Positions 1 to 14,824 of a DNA stretch of 64,000 nucleotides are shown here, piece by piece. The DNA is from the human T2T-CHM13v2.0 reference genome, Homo sapiens. Positions within the stretch are counted from its first letter, which is position 1. Each line of letters opens with the position of its first letter. Location of the stretch: NCBI RefSeq assembly GCF_009914755.1, contig NC_060930.1; one strand, given 5' to 3'. Made by a program: the position numbers and the translations under genes. The notes under the pieces were generated by a model, which was not told the DNA's origin, did not search any database, and saw only the letters and a program-made list of their open reading frames with translations.

Positions 1-212
1 TTAATGTAATGATTTATTTTCCTTTCCGTAGACACCCAGTAGTGGGAGTGCTGGGTGGAATGGTAGTTCTATTTTTATTTCCTTGAGAAATCTCCATACT
101 ATTTTCAATAGAGGTTGAACTAATTTACATTCCTGAAAACAGTGTATAAGGATTTTCTTTTCTCTGCATCCAGGCCAACAATAACAGCCATTCTGACTGG
201 TATAAGATGGTT
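1..212 (-). mobile_element. L1 (L1MA/PB-like) ORF2 3' fragment
   Basis: Reverse-strand L1 motifs ACCCAGTAGTGGGA, GAACTAATTTACATTCC and AGCCATTCTGACTGG; runs off the window edge. Confidence 0.8.
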
Positions 213-1015
213 CATTTTTTTTTCTGGTGTTATGTGATAAACAGGTTATTTTACAACACAGTTTAGATTAGCTTATCAATGATAGAGCCGACTTTGTGAT
301 AGCCATTAATACACACAGTCAAGAACTTAAATACCAATTTAAACCAAGAACCCTAAATGGGTATATTAAAGTTTTGTAAAAAGCATTGCGCAGTTTTGAC
401 ATAAGAATTGTTCAAGTGGTAATACAGCTAAAACACTCATGTTACTTTAAACATAATAACTTAATCTTTTAGGAAGTATACTTTCAAATGCTGCATAGAA
501 CACATCAGGATTTTACCTCTTTTTAAAAGTCTGATCTAATTGGACAGGAGCACAGAGAGTTTATCTTTTTCTGAAGTATGTTGCTGAAAGTAGGAGGAGG
601 GGAAGGAAAAGGAGAAGGAGCTAGGAGATGTTTTCTCTAGAATGTGGTCCCTTTATTACCGTATGTTGTAGTTGAACTTTCCAGGGTAAACCTAGTGTTA
701 CAGATGAACTCACTAATAGATGTCAAATGCCTTCTTGGTATAATATATTATTTCCTATCTCCATAGTATTGAGGATGAAATACTACAGATTGAAATGCTC
801 TGGAATGCAGTTTTAAAACTTTCATCTGAACATCGTTACATCTATGCCCAGGAATTTCCAAATTCTAAACCAAATGATACAGCTAGAGTTTGAAGACAAT
901 TTGAGAGCTGGTGAAGATGACAGTTACTTCTTTCTGTTTCTTGCTCTTTGTATAATGGAAATGAATGTTACTTTTAATGAGTCAGTTGCAAGAAATTAAG
1001 ATATCTGCTAGACTG

Positions 1016-1210
1016 GTTCTTTCTTTCTTTCTCCCTCTCTCCATCCCTCTCTTCTTCTCTTCCCCTTTCCCTCCCTCCCTCTCTTTTTCTTTGCTTTCTT
1101 CCTTTCTTCCTTCTTTCCTCCCTCCATTTCTCCCTCCTTCTCTTCCTCTCTTTCTCCTCTTTGCCTCTACTTCTCTTCCTTCCTTCCATCTGTCTGTCCT
1201 TCCTTGCTTT
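1016..1210. repeat. CT-rich polypyrimidine low-complexity tract
   Basis: About 190 bp almost entirely C/T; explains the overlapping spurious ORFs. Confidence 0.9.
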
Positions 1211-2529
1211 TGTTCATTGCAAGGAACTGACACACAAGGAATACATACAGTGGAGGTCCTACCATGACCAGACACTGTACTAGGCAAGTGAGCTAGAGAA
1301 GGGGACAAGATAAATAAGACCCTGCCCAAATGAAGAATCCAGTCAGGCAAATAAGCTATGGAAAGATATGAGGGAAATGTTGGGGTAATAAAAGATCTCA
1401 TAGGAGAAATATGTAGTCCAGGCTCCCATGAGCTCTCTCTCTCTCTTCCAACCTTCAGCCCCCTTCTTGCTCTTTGGGGATTTCTAGGGAGATGTATGCC
1501 TTATATGCAAAATGAAGTACCAGAAGATAAAAAAGTCAAATAGAAATTAAGATTGTATAGATTATTCTGCAGAGTTGATCATTCACTTTCGTGTGAAAAA
1601 TTGGTTATATATGTTCTTACTTTTCTCACTGTAATACTTTTACAAGAAACTTCTCAGCACTTCGCTTTCTTTGTCTGCAAAAATGACACAGAGATTTTTT
1701 AAAAGGTGGGGTTTCCCACCTTTTCAAGCAAATGGTGCATTTCCCAGCTGGCTCTTGTTACAGTGGATGCAAATGCAAACATATTCTTGATTGAGATCTG
1801 TGAAATCTCCAGAAAGTTCTTAATATTGATTTACATCCTCCCTTGCAGAAATAATTAATATTGATTACTGAGAGGCACTTAGCTTGATAATAATTGCACC
1901 CAGTTCACAACAAAAGCAAGTCAATTGTGGTGCTTAGGAATTTTTAATAGTGATTTTTGTCTTTTATTATTTTATTTTTCATGTCTAAATGAGAATTGAC
2001 CTTGCATAAAATCTGTTTAGCAAATTCAAATTAGACAAAGCAAAAATATTTATATGGGTGGGTAGGCTTGAAAGTAGCTGAAACGTCTAAAAATAATGTG
2101 GGAATAATTGGCATAATAGGGCAAATCATCAGTTATGACGCATGCTTCAAAACTGATTTGAACGTGGTACCTCAGTATGTGACTTAAGTGATACAGTAAA
2201 TAATGTTAAATAAAGAAATACCATGACTTATGCAAATCTAATATGTGGATATTTGAATTAATCAAGGAAATGTAAGAATCCTCTTAATTTAAAGAAAAAA
2301 TAATTTATCCTGTACCACCCACAGTTAACCTAAATTGTCATGTATTCCACTTAAGAAAAACTTCTTCATACCTGTCAAACATATTATAAAATGGCAAACA
2401 AGAATTAAATAACTTTTGGATTATTCTGCACAGTTGATCATTTCTGGGTAAGAAAAAAAATTGGCAAAACTTTATTTGTGAAGCAACCTAAATGCCTAGT
2501 GATAGAATATGATTAAAGTTTTAAAAATT

Positions 2530-2873
<344 letters not shown>

Positions 2874-3611
2874 CTATCCCACAATAAACTGGTAAATACA
2901 TTAATGGCAGACTACTGGTTTTTTTCCTATTTGAGTAGCATGTATTCTTAACACAAATAGACTTGTATCCTGAAGCAGCAATAAAATTTAAACGAGTCAG
3001 GCACTGATAAAGTAATAGGCAATGTCTAAATATCATTATTGTTATTAGAGCAAAAAAAAAAGATGTCAGTATTTCTCCAGGGTAAATGTTTTCCATTAAA
3101 CATTTAATGGAAAGAAATGTTAATCATTTCTTATTCCCTTGCACCCACCTTTAATTAATTGATACGCTACATTTTTTCACGCATGTCTTTCATACTTTTG
3201 AAGCATTTTCTTTGTCAAAATTAGAGTTAAAATTCTAAAAAAAAATTCTTGTCAAAGAAGTGGACTTTGCTTAATATTGCTTTATTATACGAGGTACAAA
3301 TCCATTTTGGCTAAGGCATATGAGCAACCTATAATAATAGAACACATTAGGGCACTTTTCAGATAGATTTATACAACTATATGAAAATTTTGAAATAATA
3401 GAACACCTAGAAGAAAATTTTGGAAACTTTCATCTAATCTCACAAAGAGATCATAAAAGTGAGTAGAGATCTCTTAATAAAAATTTCAATACGTTTTCTT
3501 ATATATATTTCAAAGTAACAGATTTCTAAACACAATATATACATAAATAAAATTGTGAAGAAAGCCAAAAAAATGAAGAAAGTATTTTCAAGTCCTAAAA
3601 AGCAAAGCGTT

Positions 3612-5052
3612 TTTAAAAATTTTTTATTTTAAATTCAGGGATACATATGCAGGTTTGTTACATAGGTAAATGTGTATCATGGGGGTTGGTATACAGATTA
3701 TTTCATCACCAGGTATTAAGCCTAGAATCCATTAGTTATATTTTCTGATCCTCTCCCTCCTCCCATTCTCCACCCTCAAATAGGCCCAGTGTGTGTTGTT
3801 TCCCTCTATGTGTCCATTTGTTCTCATCATTTAGCTCCTGCTTATGTGTAAGAACATGTGGTATTTGGTTTTCTGGTTCCTGTGTTAGTTTGCTAAGGAT
3901 AATGGCCTCCAGCTTCATCCATGTCCCTGCAAAGGGCATGATCCTGTTCATTTTTATGGATGCATAGTATTAAATGGTGTATATGTACCACATTTTCTTT
4001 ATCCAGTCTATCATTGATGGGCATTTAGGTTGTTTCCATGTTTTTGTTATTGTGAATAACATTGCAATGAACATGTGCATGGATGTGTCTGTATGATGGA
4101 ATGATTTGTATTCCTTTGGGTATATACCCAGTAATGGGATTGCTGGTCGAATGGCATTTTTGTCTTTAGGTATTTGAGGAACTGCCACACTGTCTTCCAC
4201 AGTGGTTGAACTAATTTACACTCCCACTAACAGTGTATAAGCATTCCTTTTTCTCCACAATCTTGCGAGCATCTCTTATTTTTTGACTTTTTAATAATAG
4301 CCATTCTGACTGGTGTGAAATGGCATCTCATTGTGATTTTGATTTGGATTTTTCTAATGATCAGTGAGGTTGAGCTTTTTAGCATATAACTGTTGGCCGC
4401 ATGTATGTCTTCTTTTGAAAAATATCTGTTTGTGTGCTTTGCCCACTTTTTTATGGGGTTGTTTGTTTGTTCCTTATAAATTTGTTTAAGTTCCTTACAG
4501 ATGCTGGATATTAGATCTTTGTTGAATGCATAGTTTGCAAAAATTTTCTCCCAGTCTGTAGTTTGTTTACTCTGTTGATAGTTTCTTTTGCTGTGCAGAA
4601 GCTGTTTAGTTTAATTAGATCCCATTTGTCAATTTTTGCTTTTGTTGTAATTGCTTTTGGCATCTTTGGCATCTTTGTCATGAAATCTTTCCCATGCCTG
4701 TGTCCTCTTCCAGGGCTGCCTGGGACCAGGACTGCCTAGGTCGTCTTCCAGGGTTTTTATAGTTTTAGGTTTCACATGTAGGTGTTTAACATAATTTTAG
4801 TTAATTTTTGTCTATGGTATAAGAAAGGGGTCCAATTTTAATCTTCTGCATACGGCTAGTCAGTTATCCTAGCACCATTTATTATCAAAGATCAGATAGT
4901 TGTAGGTGTGCAGTCTTATTTCTGGGCTCTCTATTCCGTTCCATTGGTCTATGTATATCTGGTTTTGTACCAGTACCAAGCTGTTTTGTTTACTGTAGCC
5001 CTGTAGTGTAGTTTAAAGTCAGGTAGCATGATGTCTCCAGCTTTGTTCTTTT
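3612..5052 (-). mobile_element. L1PA (older, about PA13-16-like), 5'-truncated
   Basis: T-rich end then CAGGTTTGTTACATAGGTAAA 3'UTR; ORF 3970-4200 resembles the L1 ORF2 C-terminus (PAIPLLGIYPKE, WKQPKCPS). Confidence 0.9.
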
Positions 5053-5386
5053 AGAGCAAAATTTAAAAAAAAAATTAAAGCCCAAATCTAATCACAATGA
5101 GAAAAGAACACATATCTTTTGTGAAATAAAATATGTAAATGTGCAATAAACAAGAAAGATTCAACACTAGTAATAAAACATTTGCAAAACAATATAATTT
5201 TTTAATTGCAGATCAAACCATAGAGTCTTATATGATAGCAACAAGTGGCATGTGAGTAAAAGGAAATACAAATCTTTGTATGCCCACCTTTCTGGAAGGA
5301 ATATATGTTTAAAGTTTAAAATAGTTTACATCGGTTGATTCAGTAGTTCCAATTCTAGACTGTATGTGACATATATGTTAAAACAT

Positions 5387-5790
5387 TGATATGACTTGGA
5401 TCTGTGTCCCCACCCAAATCTCATGTAGAATTATAATCCTTAGTGTTGGAGGTGGAGCCTGGTGGGAGGTGACTGGATTGTGGGGGTGGTTTTTCCAGAA
5501 TGGTTTCTCACCATCCCCTGTTGGTACTGTATAGTGAGTGAGTTCTTATGAGATACGGTTGTTTAAAAGTGTGTAGCACCTCCCCGTTCTCTCTCTTTTT
5601 CCTGCTTCTGCCATGTAAGATACCTGCTCCCACTTTGCCTTCTGCAATGAGTAAAAGCTCCCTGAGGCCTCCCCAGAAGCAGATACTGTCATGCTTCTTG
5701 TACAGAATTGTGAGCCAATTAAACCTTTTTTCTTTATAAATTACCTAGCCTCAGATATTTTTTATAGTAATGTGAGAATGGACTAATACA
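5387..5790 (+). mobile_element. MaLR solo LTR (MSTA/MSTB-like)
   Basis: TGATATG...TGTGTCCCCACCCAAATCTCAT start, GACTAATACA end, perfect 5-bp TSD AACAT. Confidence 0.9.
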
Positions 5791-7795
5791 AACATAGACA
5801 AACATTTCATTATTACCTCATTTATAGTATAGAGAAATTAGAAATAGACTAAATACCCAACCTTAGAACCCAATTAAATGAAGTATCATTAATTAAATGG
5901 GATGTAGAGAAAATGCTCATAATAAAAAGTTAAATAGGAAAACAATATACAAAAATAATCTTTTAGTAGATAAACTGTGTAAAATTGTATATTTTTAATT
6001 TATATTTTAATGGTACAATTAAGGATGATTTTTAATTTATTCTTTATGCCATGTGATTATTTTCTATGTCTCTAAATATCTATTGCTGTAATAGTCAGCC
6101 ATTAATAATCAATGTTATTTCAAGAGAGAAATCCAGAAAGAAGAAGCTATTTCAACACAGGTTTAGTATTTCAAAAGTTGGATTCATGGTATAATTTCAG
6201 GTCTTTTTAATTTAACATGTTTCTAACCTCTGCAAATCATTGCTATCAGAGTAATTGCATATTTACCCCAAACAGAGCAATAAACGCGTTCAAGTTCATA
6301 AGGCAGCTGTGTAGACATGAAACTCCATAATATTGTAATAATCAGGTTAGCTGGAGTTGATCTTATCAACCATCTACACATAAACGAGTCTCACAGTAAT
6401 ATTCTCATGCACATGATATATTGTATAAAAACTATTGTGATGTGTTGCTATGGTACCTGGGAGATCCTTATAGATTCGAGTTCCATACTCTGGCTCGTTT
6501 GGGCATGTTTTAGGCATTCACAAATGAAAGGAGGGAGAGTTTCTGTGCACACCCACAAGGTTTCTGGAGTCCTCCCTCCAGTTGGATAGATAGCAAATAA
6601 ATTTTCAAAGTATCCCTGTTTAAACATGGTCATATATTTATGCTGCATGGATACGGGATCCAACTTTCACAGTGCAGAAGTTTAAAAATATTAAACACCA
6701 AGGAAAAACATATTTAAAAGAAAAGAAAAAGGAAGAAATAAAATGAAAAGAAACACAACTACAATTCTCACCTCCTGTATTTTCACTTGTTCACAACAAT
6801 AAAACACCAATAAAACAGTTTCTCTGTCATTTGGCATTAGTGTCTACTTAGTGATCAGAGATCTTAGACAGCCCTACAGCAGTGAGTGATGGGTGGGGAG
6901 AGAGACAGATAGATTTCACTGTAAAGCTGGAACAAAGACTAGCTCCAGAATTCAAAGGTTGAATTCCTGTTCTGGTTAGAGATAAAAGAACAGATTCTTG
7001 AGTAGCTATTCTCACTTGAAAAAAGCCAGTGACTTTTCTGTGTATTTTTTTTATCTAAGAAGAAGAGCTAAAATATTTGTCTATTTGTCACCAATCAATT
7101 GTACAGGACTGCCTCTAATAATCTATTAAGTTTTTAAGGATTTCACCTATTTTGGACCAACAAGATAAAACGTTTTATTGGTCTTCTCTGGGTTTATCAG
7201 TTTCTTCTTTTACAGTGTTTTTCATCACTAGACCAGTGGATTACAAAATTATCAGTTTTGCAAATTTGGCTGGGATTTTGACATAGATTCCAACATACGG
7301 CTTATACTATGACAATAGGCAAAATAGAGAGAGGTTACCAAATGTATGAAAAGTATGACACTGATTGTTCTTTGCCATACATTAATTCTCTCTCCCTCTC
7401 TCTCCCCCTCCTCTTCCTCCCTCTCCCTCTTGACTCCACCAACCCGCACTAATGACCACATCTCGAATTTTGTCATTGTGTAAAAATATGTCCATGCTAT
7501 CAATGCAAAGTCTGAAATTCTCACATCTGACCATGAACCATCATCTCTCTGACTTTCCCAATCCCTCACATTGACTGAAGTTTCCTCGGGTATTCTTTCA
7601 ACTCTCTTGGTTACCCCCCTCTCCTGAGTGATGCTATTTCTTCCTCTCTAAGCTGGATATTGTGATCAATTGTGTCAGTATTCTCTCTGTTCCCTGACTC
7701 CCTTTAAATGTGCCCAGAGAAGGAAGGAAGTGATTGGCAGCTGAGGATTTTGGAAAGTTGTAAAAACAATGCTGAGAACAGGCATGGAAGTTGAG

Positions 7796-8187
7796 TGATA
7801 TGGTTTGGTTCAGTGTCCCCACCCAAATCTGATTTCAAATTGTAATCCCCAATGTTTGGGGAGGGACCAGATGGGAAGTGATTGGATGATGAGGATGGAT
7901 TTCCCCCTTGCTGTTCTGGTGATAGGGTGATAGCGAGTGAATTCTCACAAGATCTAGTTTTTGAAAGTGTGTAGCATCTCCCCCTTTGCTCTCTGTCTTC
8001 CTCCGGTTCTGACCATGGGAAGATGTGTCTCTTTCCTCTTTGTCTTCTGCCATGATTGTAAGTTTTAAGAGGTCTTCCCAGCCATGCTTCCTGTACAGCC
8101 TGTAAAACCATGAGCCAATTAAACCTCTTTTCTTTATAAATTACCCAGTCTCAGGTATTTATTTATAGCAGAGAAAGGACTAATACA
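7796..8187 (+). mobile_element. MaLR solo LTR (MSTA-like)
   Basis: TGATATGGTTTGG start, ATTAAACC signal, GGACTAATACA end, TSD TTGAG/CTGAG. Confidence 0.9.
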
Positions 8188-8964
8188 CTGAGATTGAAGA
8201 GTAACCTGACGAATGAGTTCGGGTTAGAGGCTGAGATTCAGGCAGAACATGCCAGAACATTATTGTTTTGGTAATTCTTATTCTTTTGGCTGCCTGCCTG
8301 TGGATGTTAGGAATTGAGTGGTTAAAGACTCAGACAACCACTGACTATCCAGAAGAAAACTCATTACTCAGCTTGGTTTTCCCACAATTCCAAGCTCCCT
8401 ATGTTCAGGCAACCTGCTGGCCTTTTCTGGCCATCTTGTTATTCACATATGTTTACACCCTCTTGAATGTTTCCTCCCAGAGCTCTTTAAAATATAGTCT
8501 GGTTCACTACAGCCCCTGCTTTCCTTGTTACAGACATTGTTACTTCTCACTTCAATGAGAAGATAAAAGCCATTTGAGAGAAACTGCTCTATTTTATTCC
8601 TCATCAACCCCTGTGTCTCTGAAGAACAGCACCAGTAAGCCCCTGATCTCCCCTCCATCCCTTCTCTTTTGGAGGATATTTCTTCATCTACTTTTGTATA
8701 CAATCACAACATTTCCCTTTCTAATGGAAACTTTCTCACCACTAGACAAAGGGTTAGTTTCCCCATCCCCTATGTTTACATATCCATGCTACTCTTTTTT
8801 TTTCTTCAGGTTTACTTTATCCGTCTCGTTTTCTTCAACATGAAACTTAAGAGTAGATTCTACTCACTGCTTCTTTCCCTTCTTCATCTTGTATTTAACA
8901 CAAAGCCACTATCATCAGGCTTTCAACACTACCCTCTACCTCCGCAGTCTCCTATGACTCAGAT

Positions 8965-9057
8965 GACATAGCCCATTTATACCTGTTGTCCCAGTGTATT
9001 TATTACTAACACCTTAGAGCTGTCCTGATTTGGGCAATAAATTATATGGTCCCTCTA
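8965..9057 (+). mobile_element. MER94-like hAT DNA transposon fragment
   Basis: TTTATACCTGTTGTCCC...GTCCTGATTTGGGCAATAAATTATATGGTCCCTCTA resembles the MER94 3' half. Confidence 0.55.
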
Positions 9058-9224
9058 CCAACCTTACACTTTCGTGGAAATGGTGAGGTACTAAGAAATT
9101 TTGAACATGTAATTAAATGTATAATAAATGCAGAGTTACAAACTCTAATAAGCACTATGACAGGGCAATACCTGGTGCTGTTGCTGTCATAGCACAGAGC
9201 AGGGGGAGATGGCATTGTTGAGAG

Positions 9225-9460
9225 CAGAGTTTCTCAACTTCAGCACAAATGAATATTTGAGGCTGTGTCATTCATTACTGTGGGGGTTGTAGTGTCCATT
9301 GTAGAATGTTTAGCAGCACCCCTGGCCATACTAGTAGGTGCTGGTTGGGTGTCTGACTCCCCTTCCTAATGATCCCTTCCAGTATGGAAAACTAAAACTA
9401 TCTGCAAACGTTACCAGTGTTCCCTGGGGAGCAAAATCACCTTCTGATTGAGAATGATTG
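9225..9460 (-). mobile_element. MER20 (hAT-Charlie) DNA transposon
   Basis: CAGAGTTTCTCAAC ... GTAGAATGTTTAGCAGCACCCCTGGCC ... GCAAAATCACC ... TTGAGAATGATTG. Confidence 0.85.
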
Positions 9461-9574
9461 GTTAAGAGGATTAGATAAGTGTTTCCAGAGGAAACAATAT
9501 TTGAGCTGAAATATGATTAGGAAGTGCAATGAAGGAAGCAGTGCCTTCCCAGCTCCCCAGCCAGTGTAATAGCA

Positions 9575-9735
9575 TCTTATAGTGGTATAAAAAGAGACAT
9601 TGTATAGGTTTTGAAAACAGCAGAGGTGTTAGAAATTCATCACCAACATTTACAAGCTGTATGGTTTTTGATTAGGCACTCAATCTTTCTGAACCTTAGA
9701 ATCATCTTCCATGAAATAGGGATATTAACACTATA
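9575..9735 (+). mobile_element. MIR fragment
   Basis: Degenerate MIR core TTTACAAGCTGT...CTCAATCTTTCTGAACCTTAG...TGAAATAGGGAT. Confidence 0.55.
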
Positions 9736-9916
9736 GTGGAATAGTTATTTTTTATTGTTACCTCAAATATTCTCCTTCCCTCTTCCACAGCCCAGGTATA
9801 ATGAAAAGATTTAATTCATGCTGAGGAAAGTGGTTACAGTAGAACCTGCAAATGCAGATGTTCAATTTTTGACTTCTAAGTTCTAGAAAACTATCCAGGA
9901 ATAAGATAAAAACATA

Positions 9917-9978
9917 TTTAAAAGAGTGCTTGAAGAGTTTGAACCAGTTTAAAAGAGTGCTTGAAGAATTTGAACGAG
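9917..9978. repeat. 31-bp tandem duplication
   Basis: TTTAAAAGAGTGCTTGAAGAGTTTGAACCAG followed by TTTAAAAGAGTGCTTGAAGAATTTGAACGAG (2 mismatches). Confidence 0.9.
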
Positions 9979-10409
9979 ACCTTGTGGAAGGGAATGGGGG
10001 TCAAGTCTTTTTGAAGAGGAAGGCAAGAGGGAAGTCAATATGGGGTCTTCATACACCATTCTTGTATCATTAACCAACTCCTAGATGACATTCAGTGATT
10101 AGTAAGAGTTTTTTTTGTTTTTTTTTTGTTTTTTTTTTCACTGAACACCTACTCTGGAGATGTCCAGGTGAGCAGAAGAAGACAGAGACCCTGCCTTCAG
10201 AGAGCTTACATTTAAGCATAGACAGGAGCTGGATCTCACTTCCTAGAGTGTCCCTTTGGAAGTCCACTAGCCTTGGTGGGCAGGGCAGTTGCCTGGAGCC
10301 ATCTTGGAGCAGCACAGCAGAAATGAGCAGTGAGCCCAAGATGCAAATTTCCTGCTGTTGCAGAGCGGTGTGTGATTTCTCATGGGCTCCAGGCACTGAA
10401 ATTTTCTGA

Positions 10410-11130
10410 TGTGAGACAGGTCAGGGAAGAGACTCAGTCCTGGCAGACACAAGACAAGGTCACTAAGATCCCAATGGGCCTCACATGTCCGCCATGTTCC
10501 ATCCCATGTTTTCTTGCCTCCCTTAACAGGCTGACCCAAGTTATGTAGCAGAAAGGAGGCCTCTCTCAACTTAGCTGACCAGCCTGAATTCCTAACCATA
10601 AAAAGAAGAACCTCACCATTTATCTCCTTGAAGTCGTGTCTTCCAAGGCTGTTGAAGCAGAACTCTAGCATTCCTTAAGGACTTCATCATCTTTCAAGGT
10701 TGCTAAAGGGAGACTTTGGTGTTTCTGATAAGAACCGAACCAGATGCAGCCAGCTGAAGATAAGATGGACTCTAGAACTGACCTTTCATCAACTTTTTTT
10801 CTTATTATAATACTAAAATCTCTGCCAAAGGTGGAGCTAATCTGCCGCTCTCAGATCACTCTATGTCAGTTAGGGCGTAATGTCTCATTGCACAAGCTCT
10901 AAGAAAACCCCTAAACATGCTTGCACATCACTCCTTTTTCTGCCTCTACTTCTTTAAGATGACTAGAGCTGGGCCCTTTGGGGAAGGAGCATCAGGACCC
11001 CTCCCCTGTATGCTGCTCCCTGGCACATCTCCAGTCGCAAGCCTATTAAACCTTGCCTAGGAAAATTGGTTTGTCCTGGAGCTAATTTTTACTTAGAGAG
11101 AGCCAAGGAACTTGAGGTCCAGTTGCAACA
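10410..11130 (+). mobile_element. Probable solo ERV LTR, family uncertain
   Basis: About 720 bp bounded by TG...CA, with ATTAAA near 11045 followed by a U5-like tail ending GTTGCAACA; no clear TSD. Confidence 0.5.
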
Positions 11131-11650
11131 ACAAATAAGCAAGTCAGTGGACCTTCCTGGATTCTCACAGCCTGCGTGGAAGAACATACTTCCTAGGATG
11201 CAGTGTGAACAGTCATCACTGGTAGTCATGAAGGGTATGACTGACATCTCTGTGGACGTCCCATTTCCAGGGAGCAGGTGGGAGCTGCGTCACTTCCATC
11301 TGTTAGCCAGGGGACCTGCCAAAGGTGCATCCTCCAGGATGTGGCATGTGGTGGGTCTGAGCCGAGGTCCAGCTGCTGAGGGCAGCCACTGAAATAGCCA
11401 GCATAGACCTTGAGCAGGCTACATCAGTAAATAGATGGATCCCAATTCAGTGGATTTGTATTGCAGCTGGATAGCCTCCTCACCCCTCTCTCCCCACCCC
11501 ACACTTTGCATATAAGCTCATCAACACCCCCATGAGAAATGGGAGAAATAACCCGTGATGCTGGAACATAAAGGTTAAGTTTTGTACCTTTTAAACCTGT
11601 GACAGGAGTTCTTATAAAAAAAAGATAATGTACACCTATCCCTCACCTAA

Positions 11651-12017
<367 letters not shown>

Positions 12018-12549
12018 TAGAATTTTTTAAAATGCGGTATTTTATACAAAAAAATTGTGGCATAATCCATCCTAACCTTAGGCTCCCAATGATTTTCATA
12101 TATAGAAAAATATATCAATTAAACAACCAAAATACATTGTATACGCTGTTTGAAAGTAAGTAAAGTTTACGTATATAACATAACATAATGAAAGTTTGTG
12201 ATACTCTTTTTTTTCTTCTTTCAGCATTCTCTATCTACTTTTCAATCTTTGTGAGGCTCTTGGTATGTTGCACTAAAACTACACTTGAAAAGAAAGAGCA
12301 TAAAAAACATCCTTAGGGCAAAATAAAGGATGAACGAGAGAGCACTTTGAAAGAAGTGGAAATTGTACAATCATACAATATACCTTAGAGTCCAGAAGAT
12401 GCAGCTGTCCTCCTCACTCTCAGGGCACATTTGCAAGCAACACATTTGCCCAAACACTGGTGGACAATTCAAAGTTGTTTCATATAGTTTTTCATTCTAG
12501 AAACTATTGTGTAAGGGAAATTAGTAAATGTGTTTTTGCCCAAAACTGA

Positions 12550-12925
<376 letters not shown>

Positions 12926-12965
12926 TGAAAAGTGATATAATCTTTCTTTTAAGGTGAAAATATTG

Positions 12966-13378
12966 TGTTAAAAGAAAGACCTTAGACAAATTACATTTAA
13001 CAGAATTTAACAAAGCCAAAAGCACAATTCATGAATTGGGCAGTTCCTAAACCAGAATAGGCTCAGTGAGACTTTGCCGCTGCCACGTGGTCTAAGTAGA
13101 TTTATAGACAGTAAAAGGAAAGCAGTGCACAGAACATGGAAGTGAGGTACAGAAACAGCTGAATTGGTTACAGCTCAGCATTTGCCTTATTTGAACACAG
13201 TTTGAACAGTTGCTGTTGCCTGCCTGCAACTGGCTGAACTCTGTGGTTGGTAGGAGAATAAGTTACAGAAAGTTTACACATCCAGTTAGGTTACCTTTAT
13301 AGTTCTCTGTGTATGGAGAAATCTTTAGGCTAGACTTAAAATATATTAGGAGGCAGGTTTAGACTAAACAATTAAATA
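12966..13378 (-). mobile_element. MER57-family ERV1 solo LTR
   Basis: TGTTAAAAG...TTAGACAAATT, GAAGTGAGGTACAGAAACAGC, TTTGCCTTATTTGAACAC and AGGAGGCAG...AGACTAAAC match the MER57 reverse complement. Confidence 0.8.
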
Positions 13379-13623
13379 GGTGTTAAAGTCTTTATTTAAG
13401 GTGAGTCTATATACCATATGCATGATACATAGGAGACACTCTATAATAGTATTTGTTATTATTGTTTTCCTCCTGTCCTTGAGATTCCCCGACCCCCTTT
13501 CTTTCTAATCTACACTCTTTACCAGTGAGACCTCAATCATGTCCATGACCTGCTCTCTGTTAATGACTCTGGTTTTCAAATTTCCTACTTCCTGGTGCTT
13601 CGAGTTAAGCAATAACTCAATGA

Positions 13624-13885
<262 letters not shown>

Positions 13886-14262
13886 AATTCAATGATTTTT
13901 AATATATAATTTTTTACTCCACCAAAATTTCCCTTCCTCCTTGCACTAAAGGCATCAAATTTCATCCAAAAAATGAGACTAGTCATCTTGGAGTCATCTT
14001 CTACCTCCTTCCTTTTATCTCCCTTGATCAATTGGATTATTTCACTTTTTGATGCCTCAGTTCATCTTTTGAAAGCCACGAGTAACAGTAGTTATTGTTT
14101 ATATCTTTATGACCTATCTGATAGATCATAAAGATTAAATGAGTACATGCATTAAAAAACAAAAACTTCAGCACAGTGTGCAGGCAGATAGCCCTTATTA
14201 ATATGTCACGTCCTCTCCTCCTTTCCACCCCTGTTGACTAAACAGATACTAGAAAAGCAGAT

Positions 14263-14783
14263 TTTGAGAATTGTCTATTTATATCCTTAGCCCACTTTTT
14301 GACGGGATTGTTTGTTTTTTTCTTAGTGATTTGTCTGAGTTCATTGTAGAATACAAATGGCCAAGAAACACATGAAAAAATGCCCAACATCACTAACGAT
14401 CAGGGAAATGCAAATCAAAACCACAATGCAATACCACCTTATTCCTGCAAGAATGGCCATAATGAATAAATAAAAAATACAGTAGATGTTGGTGTGGATG
14501 CGGTGAACAGGGAACACTTCTACACTGCTGGTGGGAATGTAAATTGGTACAGCCACTGTGGAAAACAGTGTGGAGATTCCTTAATTAACAAAAAGTAGAA
14601 TTCCCATTTGATCCAGCAATCCCACTACTGGGTATCTACTGAGAGAAAAAGAAGTCATTATTTGAAAAAGATACTTGCACATGCATGTTTATAGTAGCAC
14701 AATTCACAATTGCAAAATCATGGAACCAACTCAAATACCCATCAATCAAAGAGTGGATAAAGAAACAGTGATATATCTCTATC

Positions 14784-14824
<41 letters not shown>

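Noticed and set aside
965-1401. Leu/Ser/Pro-rich and Arg/Glu/Lys-rich ORFs
   Set aside because: Translations of the CT-rich low-complexity tract.
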